DNA of 64,000 nucleotides from an uncultured Candidatus Bathyarchaeia archaeon (GTDB lineage: Archaea; Thermoproteota; Bathyarchaeia; 40CM-2-53-6). This document shows, piece after piece, positions 59,414 through 64,000 of this stretch; position 1 is the stretch's first letter; the number at the start of each line of letters is the position of its first letter. The DNA lies in assembly GCA_964601325.1 (NCBI GenBank), contig CAZRNA010000003.1, positions 4,629 to 68,628 of the forward strand. Reading direction: 5' to 3'. The translations under genes and the position numbers were made by a program. The notes below the pieces were generated by a model. It was not told the origin of the DNA. It saw only the letters and a list, made by a program, of their open reading frames with translations, and searched no databases.

Positions 59414-60223
59414 ATGCAAATTGTCACGTTACTTTCAGACTTTGGGAATCGAGATCAGTACGTCTCTGAAATGAAGGGGTCGATACTGAGCCTTTGTCCT
59501 TCGACGACTTTGGTCGACATCAGTCATGAAATAGAGAAGTTCAGCATTCGAATGGGCGCCTTCGTCCTCGCTGCTGCTTCAACGTATTTCCCCGCAGGCA
59601 CAATCCATGTCGCGGTTGTGGATCCAGGAGTCGGCGGACAGAGGCGGGCTCTGCTCATAGAGACCCAACGGGCCACATACATAGGTCCTGACAATGGCAT
59701 ACTTCTCCCAGCGGCTTTGAGAGACGGAATCAAAGAGATGTATTCGATCGAGAACCGGCAATTCATGAGAAGTCCCGTTTCATCTACCTTTCACGGTAGA
59801 GATGTGTTTGCATATGCCGCAGGCAGAATAGCCTGCGGCGCAGAAGTGACTGAGGTCGGACCAGAGGTCTCTGATCCGGTTTCAGTCACTCTCGTGGGCG
59901 CGGAGAGCTCTCGTGAGAAGATCAGTTGCGAGGTCCTTGCGGTCGACTCATTTGGAAACATAGCGACGACTGCAAGCGAAAAGGATCTGGAAACGATTGG
60001 TCTTAAAGTCGGGGAGGGGCTCGTAATGCAAACGAAGCGGCGAGCATACCATCTGAGCGTAGAGAGAACCTACTCGGATACAGACAAGGGCAAGCCCGTC
60101 TTGCTGGTCGGAAGCTATGGCCTTCTCGAGCTCGCGATCAACAAGGCAAATGCGGCAAAACGATTTAATCTGTCGCCCGGTGATCGGCTCACTTTCCGGC
60201 GCCGGTTGGGTTATCGCTCATAG
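59414..60223 (+). CDS. SAM hydroxide adenosyltransferase (DUF62)
   Basis: LLSDFG, VVDPGVG, GPDNG, STFHGRDVFA, DSFGN, ELAIN. Confidence 0.95.
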   Translation: MQIVTLLSDFGNRDQYVSEMKGSILSLCPSTTLVDISHEIEKFSIRMGAFVLAAASTYFPAGTIHVAVVDPGVGGQRRALLIETQRATYIGPDNGILLPAALRDGIKEMYSIENRQFMRSPVSSTFHGRDVFAYAAGRIACGAEVTEVGPEVSDPVSVTLVGAESSREKISCEVLAVDSFGNIATTASEKDLETIGLKVGEGLVMQTKRRAYHLSVERTYSDTDKGKPVLLVGSYGLLELAINKANAAKRFNLSPGDRLTFRRRLGYRS

Positions 60224-60737
60224 CGAGTTCCCTGATGCGTTCTATCCCGTGGATCTTCACAAGCGTCTCTGCAACGCTCCTTGGAACCAGCGATTCCCAG
60301 TTCTTCCCATTTAGGATCCTCTTGCGGATTTCTGTCGCCGAGTAGTCATGCCGTTGAAGGAACGGGATTCGTTCGACTCTGTATTCACGTTCCTTGAATA
60401 GACGTGATGTGAGTGCTTCATTCGTGAAAACTACATCAAACTTGGGTGTCTGGGATACAATGAAGGGAACCCAAGTCGCATGGATGTGGACGTCCCTGAT
60501 CGGGATTACAAGATATTTGCCTGGGTCTGTTCCTGCTTCCTTCAACGCGGCCCGTATCATCTCAACACGTTCTCCCGCAGTGAACGGATTCTTGTCAGAA
60601 TGACTGTACTCAGCGCTACCGACCATTATGATGAGCTCTTCCACGTGCTCCAGTGCATTCTTGATCGCGCCCAGATGTCCTAGATGGAATGGCTGAAATC
60701 TCCCTACGAATAATCCGCGCTTGAGCTTGGTTCCCAC
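60189..60737 (-). CDS. nadM: Nicotinamide-nucleotide adenylyltransferase
   Basis: GRFQPFHLGH, NPFTAGER, SATEIR. Confidence 0.96.
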   Translation of the reverse strand: MGTKLKRGLFVGRFQPFHLGHLGAIKNALEHVEELIIMVGSAEYSHSDKNPFTAGERVEMIRAALKEAGTDPGKYLVIPIRDVHIHATWVPFIVSQTPKFDVVFTNEALTSRLFKEREYRVERIPFLQRHDYSATEIRKRILNGKNWESLVPRSVAETLVKIHGIERIRELAMSDNPTGAGK

Positions 60738-60749
60738 CCTTATCTCACC

Positions 60750-61310
60750 TCAGAATGGATTCCACACGCAGCTCTGCGAGATCCTGTCTCTGTCGAATTG
60801 CACACCCTCACGCATCAGCAGCTCTCGTTTAGTCCGACTCCTGCCGTTTCTCTCAGACCCATAGTTCCCGATTTGAAGCGTTGACCGGACGACTCTATGA
60901 CAAGGGATGATAAGCGGGAGTGGGTTTCTAGCCATCGCGTTCCCGACTGCTCTGGAGGCTCCTTCTGAGCCGACTACCTTGGCCAGTCTCCCATAGGTGG
61001 TGACTTTGCCTTTGGGGATTCTGATCGTCATCTCGTAGACACGCCTCAGGAACTCTGAGGTGGGCATGAGAGCGACCTCTGGAGAATGATTGACGTCTAT
61101 GCCCGCGTAGATTCGGTGAAGCCCTTCAATCACTTCAGACTCACCTGATGAACGTGTCAAACCGCGCCTCAGATTACTGGGCAGAGACCAGATCGTGGAT
61201 TTCTCGGCCACTTTCCTGCTACCGCTGAAGCCGCAGGCCATCAGTCTTCCCTTCTCATCGGTCACCGCGGCATACCAGATATCGTTGCGCTTTGCCGAGC
61301 TCAGAATCAA
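60750..61310 (-). CDS. ogt: Methylated-DNA-protein-cysteine methyltransferase
   Basis: IPKGKVTTYG, RAVGNA..RNP...IPCHRV; TTG start at 61310 preferred. Confidence 0.92.
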   Translation of the reverse strand: MILSSAKRNDIWYAAVTDEKGRLMACGFSGSRKVAEKSTIWSLPSNLRRGLTRSSGESEVIEGLHRIYAGIDVNHSPEVALMPTSEFLRRVYEMTIRIPKGKVTTYGRLAKVVGSEGASRAVGNAMARNPLPLIIPCHRVVRSTLQIGNYGSERNGRSRTKRELLMREGVQFDRDRISQSCVWNPF

Positions 61311-61390
61311 TGTTCGGGACCCGACTTGGCCGGAGATGCTCGTAAGGGTAAATAAACTAGGGGCATTCACCTGCGACGGGGGCAAAACCA

Positions 61391-62452
61391 ATGATCGAAA
61401 TAGACGGCAGCCTCGGTGAAGGGGGAGGGCAAGTCCTCAGAACCTCGATCGCTCTCTCAGCCCTGCTCGGAAAAGAGGTCCACGTCAAGAACATTCGAGG
61501 CAAGCGACCGAATCCGGGTCTTCGCGCGCAACACATGACGGCGATCCGGGCGGTTGCCTCTCTCTCGGATGCTGAAACTAATGGGCTCCAGCTCGGATCG
61601 ACCGACCTGTACTTCACGCCAAAAAAGAAGATGTCTGGCTCGTTCAAGTTCGACGTAGGCACCGCTGGAAGCATCTCACTAGTGCTTCAGGCACTGATGC
61701 CCGCCTCGGCCTTCTCATTAGGCAAAACGGAGTTCGAGATAACTGGCGGAACAGACGTGAGGTGGAGTCCAACGATAGACTACGTCCGCTTTGTCGTGCT
61801 CCCTAACTTGTCGAAACTCGGCTATCTAGCAGAGTTGAAGCTGATCCAACGAGGACACTACCCCAAGGGCGGAGGACGAGTATTGATGATGATCCAACCA
61901 TGTAAGGGATTGATGCCTCTACAACTGACTGAGCAATCAGAGATCAAGAGAGTGCGCGGAATCAGCCACTGCGTTAGGCTCCCTGCCCATGTTGCCCAAA
62001 GGCAGGCAACCGCTGCACAAGACATCTTGAAGGAGATTGATCAACTAGGTGTCTCCGTAACATTGGAGACGTATCCTAGTGCGACTGACCCTCATGTCGC
62101 GCCGGGAAGCGGAATAGCTCTCTACACCGACAACGAGCCTGGTAGAGTTCTGGGCGCGGACAGTGTAGGAGAACGAGGAAGACCCGCCGAAGAAGTAGGT
62201 CGCCAAGCGGCGACCCAACTCGTGGGAGAGATCAACAGCGGCGCCCCGGTTGATAGGCACATGTCCGACATCCTGATTCCGTACTTGGCAGTGGCTGACG
62301 GCAGCTCAGAGTTTCGAACATCACTCATCACGATGCATACGATCACAAATGCGAGAATAGCCGAGCTCATATCAGGCGCAAAGATCACCATAGATGGTGA
62401 ACTCGGGAATCCAGGAATCGTAAGAGTGAAAGGAATCAGCCTCGGCCCCTAG
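61391..62452 (+). CDS. rtcA: RNA 3'-terminal phosphate cyclase
   Basis: DGSLGEGGGQVLR, RPNPGLRAQH, RGHYPKGGG, HTITN. Confidence 0.97.
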   Translation: MIEIDGSLGEGGGQVLRTSIALSALLGKEVHVKNIRGKRPNPGLRAQHMTAIRAVASLSDAETNGLQLGSTDLYFTPKKKMSGSFKFDVGTAGSISLVLQALMPASAFSLGKTEFEITGGTDVRWSPTIDYVRFVVLPNLSKLGYLAELKLIQRGHYPKGGGRVLMMIQPCKGLMPLQLTEQSEIKRVRGISHCVRLPAHVAQRQATAAQDILKEIDQLGVSVTLETYPSATDPHVAPGSGIALYTDNEPGRVLGADSVGERGRPAEEVGRQAATQLVGEINSGAPVDRHMSDILIPYLAVADGSSEFRTSLITMHTITNARIAELISGAKITIDGELGNPGIVRVKGISLGP

Positions 62453-62718
62453 GCGGTCTTACGGGCCCTCGATATCCATATGACCTGACCGGTCTGTACA
62501 TTGATGATTCTCATAACACGATGAAAAGGAATTAGCGTCTCCTCTGATTCAGCCGTTGCATACGTGAACCACGATGGACCGACCTTCGTAATGAGGGATG
62601 CGTTGATCTCACGCATGTCTCCAGAGACTCCTCGATGAATGAAGTAGATGACATAGTTCCCGGCTCGTTCTCTTGCGTTCCATGTTATCTTCTTGAAGAT
62701 GTTCCTTAACGGATGCAT
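62449..62718 (-). CDS. DUF504/MJ1316 domain protein
   Basis: LRNIFKKITW, IHRG, IPFHRV.RI.....VIW. Confidence 0.85.
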   Translation of the reverse strand: MHPLRNIFKKITWNARERAGNYVIYFIHRGVSGDMREINASLITKVGPSWFTYATAESEETLIPFHRVMRIINVQTGQVIWISRARKTA

Positions 62719-62811
62719 GATAGGTCGGCCAAGGACAGTAGGACAGTCAACATCAACCTTAATAGAGTCGCCATTTCATGCGGAATCTGCGACTGGTTTC
62801 TGGTGACTTGA

Positions 62812-63414
62812 ATGAGTGAACCTTTCATGCCGGGCGCCACCACGATCGGCGTGGTCTGCAAGGACGGCGTAGTGCTCGCTTCTGAGAGACGTGTATCCTA
62901 TGGGTACTTCGTACAGAGCAAGAGCGGGAAGAAGGTCTTCCGAGTAAGCGACACGATTGGCGCCGCGTGTGCAGGGCTTGTTGGAGACATGCAGGTCCTG
63001 ACAAAGGAAGTCGCGGCTCAGCTCAGTGTGTACGCTTTCGAGCGAGACAGGGCTGCATCAGTGAGGTCGGCGGCGAAAGTCATGGCAAATCTTCTGTTTG
63101 AGAGACGCATGTTCCCATATCTAGCCCAGACCATCGTCGGTGGAATTGACGACGAAGGTCCAAGTCTCTTTGTACTCGATCCGCTAGGGTCGGTGATAGA
63201 TGACAAGTTTGCATCCGTGGGATCAGGTTCCGAGATTGCCATCGGCGTTCTGGAGGCAGAGTTCAAGGAAGGCTTGAGCGTTGAGCAAGGTAAAGAGCTT
63301 GTCAAGAAGGCAGCCAAAGCTGCGTTGGCGCGCGACATAGGAAGCGGGAACGGACTCGACTTTATGACGATCACCAAGAGTGGCATCAAAGAGGAAGGCG
63401 AATCTCTCAGCTGA
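62812..63414 (+). CDS. psmB: Second proteasome beta subunit
   Basis: PGATTIG, ASERR, GSGSEIA, RDIGSG. Confidence 0.93.
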   Translation: MSEPFMPGATTIGVVCKDGVVLASERRVSYGYFVQSKSGKKVFRVSDTIGAACAGLVGDMQVLTKEVAAQLSVYAFERDRAASVRSAAKVMANLLFERRMFPYLAQTIVGGIDDEGPSLFVLDPLGSVIDDKFASVGSGSEIAIGVLEAEFKEGLSVEQGKELVKKAAKAALARDIGSGNGLDFMTITKSGIKEEGESLS

Positions 63415-63503
63415 CCGTCCGACTGCGAGTCGAATTTCGTTCGATGCCCGTTCGTGGGTCAACTCATTTATCCATCAGAAGCGAGGTCTAGCGGCGAACA
63501 TAG

Positions 63504-64000
63504 TTGCTATCGAAAGACGAACTTGCCGGACTGCAGCATAAGCTCACAGATTACGACAAGACAAGAGAGAAGCTGCTGGAGCTGACGAGGAAGACCGTTC
63601 GACTTGCCAGCTGGGCGATCGTTCAAGCCCACAGAGGGCAGATTTCAAAGGCCAAGACGACTCTGAGGGAAGCTGAAGAGAGCATTGCTCAGGTGCGAGC
63701 TCTCTTGAATGAGCGCTCTGAGTTCAAACAGGTCGGCTATGTGATTGTTGCTTTTCAGGAGTTCTCTGAGGCCAGGATTCTGTTGAGCTACGCAAGTCGG
63801 AAAAGGCTGCTGTCACAACGTGAAGTGGGCGTCGATTGGATGCCGTATGTGCTTGGCCTCTTGGATTTCATAGGTGAGCTTCGCAGGATGACGATGGATC
63901 AACTGAAGGTCGGCAAGCTGAAGGAGGCTCAAGGGACTTTCGAATCGATGGAGGCTCTCTTCGAAGATTTGCTCTCCCTTGACCGTACGTCAATAGTTCC
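63504..64000 (+). CDS. Translin/TRAX (C3PO)-family protein (3' end runs off the window)
   Basis: Manual translation from TTG 63504: DKTREKLLELTR...AHRG...QEFSEA...YVLGLLDFIGELRR. Confidence 0.88.
   Translation, partial: MLSKDELAGLQHKLTDYDKTREKLLELTRKTVRLASWAIVQAHRGQISKAKTTLREAEESIAQVRALLNERSEFKQVGYVIVAFQEFSEARILLSYASRKRLLSQREVGVDWMPYVLGLLDFIGELRRMTMDQLKVGKLKEAQGTFESMEALFEDLLSLDRTSIV

Noticed and set aside
59414..60223. Fluorinase/chlorinase
   Set aside because: The Asp-Arg-His features of DUF62 hydrolases are present and the gene is common in archaea.
56401..63414. Two psmB genes as a novelty
   Set aside because: Two beta subunits are usual in many archaea, including TACK lineages.
1..64000. 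CRISPR array, cas genes, rRNA, integrase or transposase
   Set aside because: None recognised. The 24-bp-period repeats at 9762-9823 are too short and too few for CRISPR.

Overview
Archaeal chromosomal segment, most likely TACK-superphylum (Bathyarchaeia-like). Evidence: aCPSF1/FttA next to psmB, a second psmB, Lsm-rpl37e, SepF-like, RtcA, translin, intron-containing tRNAs, many TTG/GTG starts and a PGF-CTERM-like sorting signal. About 1-31 kb is accessory: an aldehyde dehydrogenase, a surface glycoside hydrolase-like protein, a PAS/GAF two-component cluster, a BadI/BadH-like pair, and a minus-strand run of transporter/sensor genes with gene remnants, ending at tRNA-Ser. About 31-52 kb is metabolic: deoC, an alkyl-DHAP-synthase-like gene with a lipid kinase, an FdrA/DUF1116/DUF2877 (AllFGH-like) cluster bracketed by two paralogous GNAT-like genes, a P-type ATPase and a Cys-less thiolase/DUF35 pair. 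About 52.6-64 kb is core housekeeping. Best candidates for undescribed systems: (1) a kinase-less 5TM-LYT sensor with an IDE-x8-I-x2-TDFF tail plus an amino-acid permease split by a winged-helix-containing insert; (2) the AllFGH-like/GNAT-pair/thiolase cluster. Smaller discoveries: a 24-bp-phased triple operator, unannotated very basic peptides, non-canonical tRNA introns and a CTG start. No CRISPR array, rRNA, integrase or transposase was seen. All family calls come from motif recognition by eye; no database search was run.
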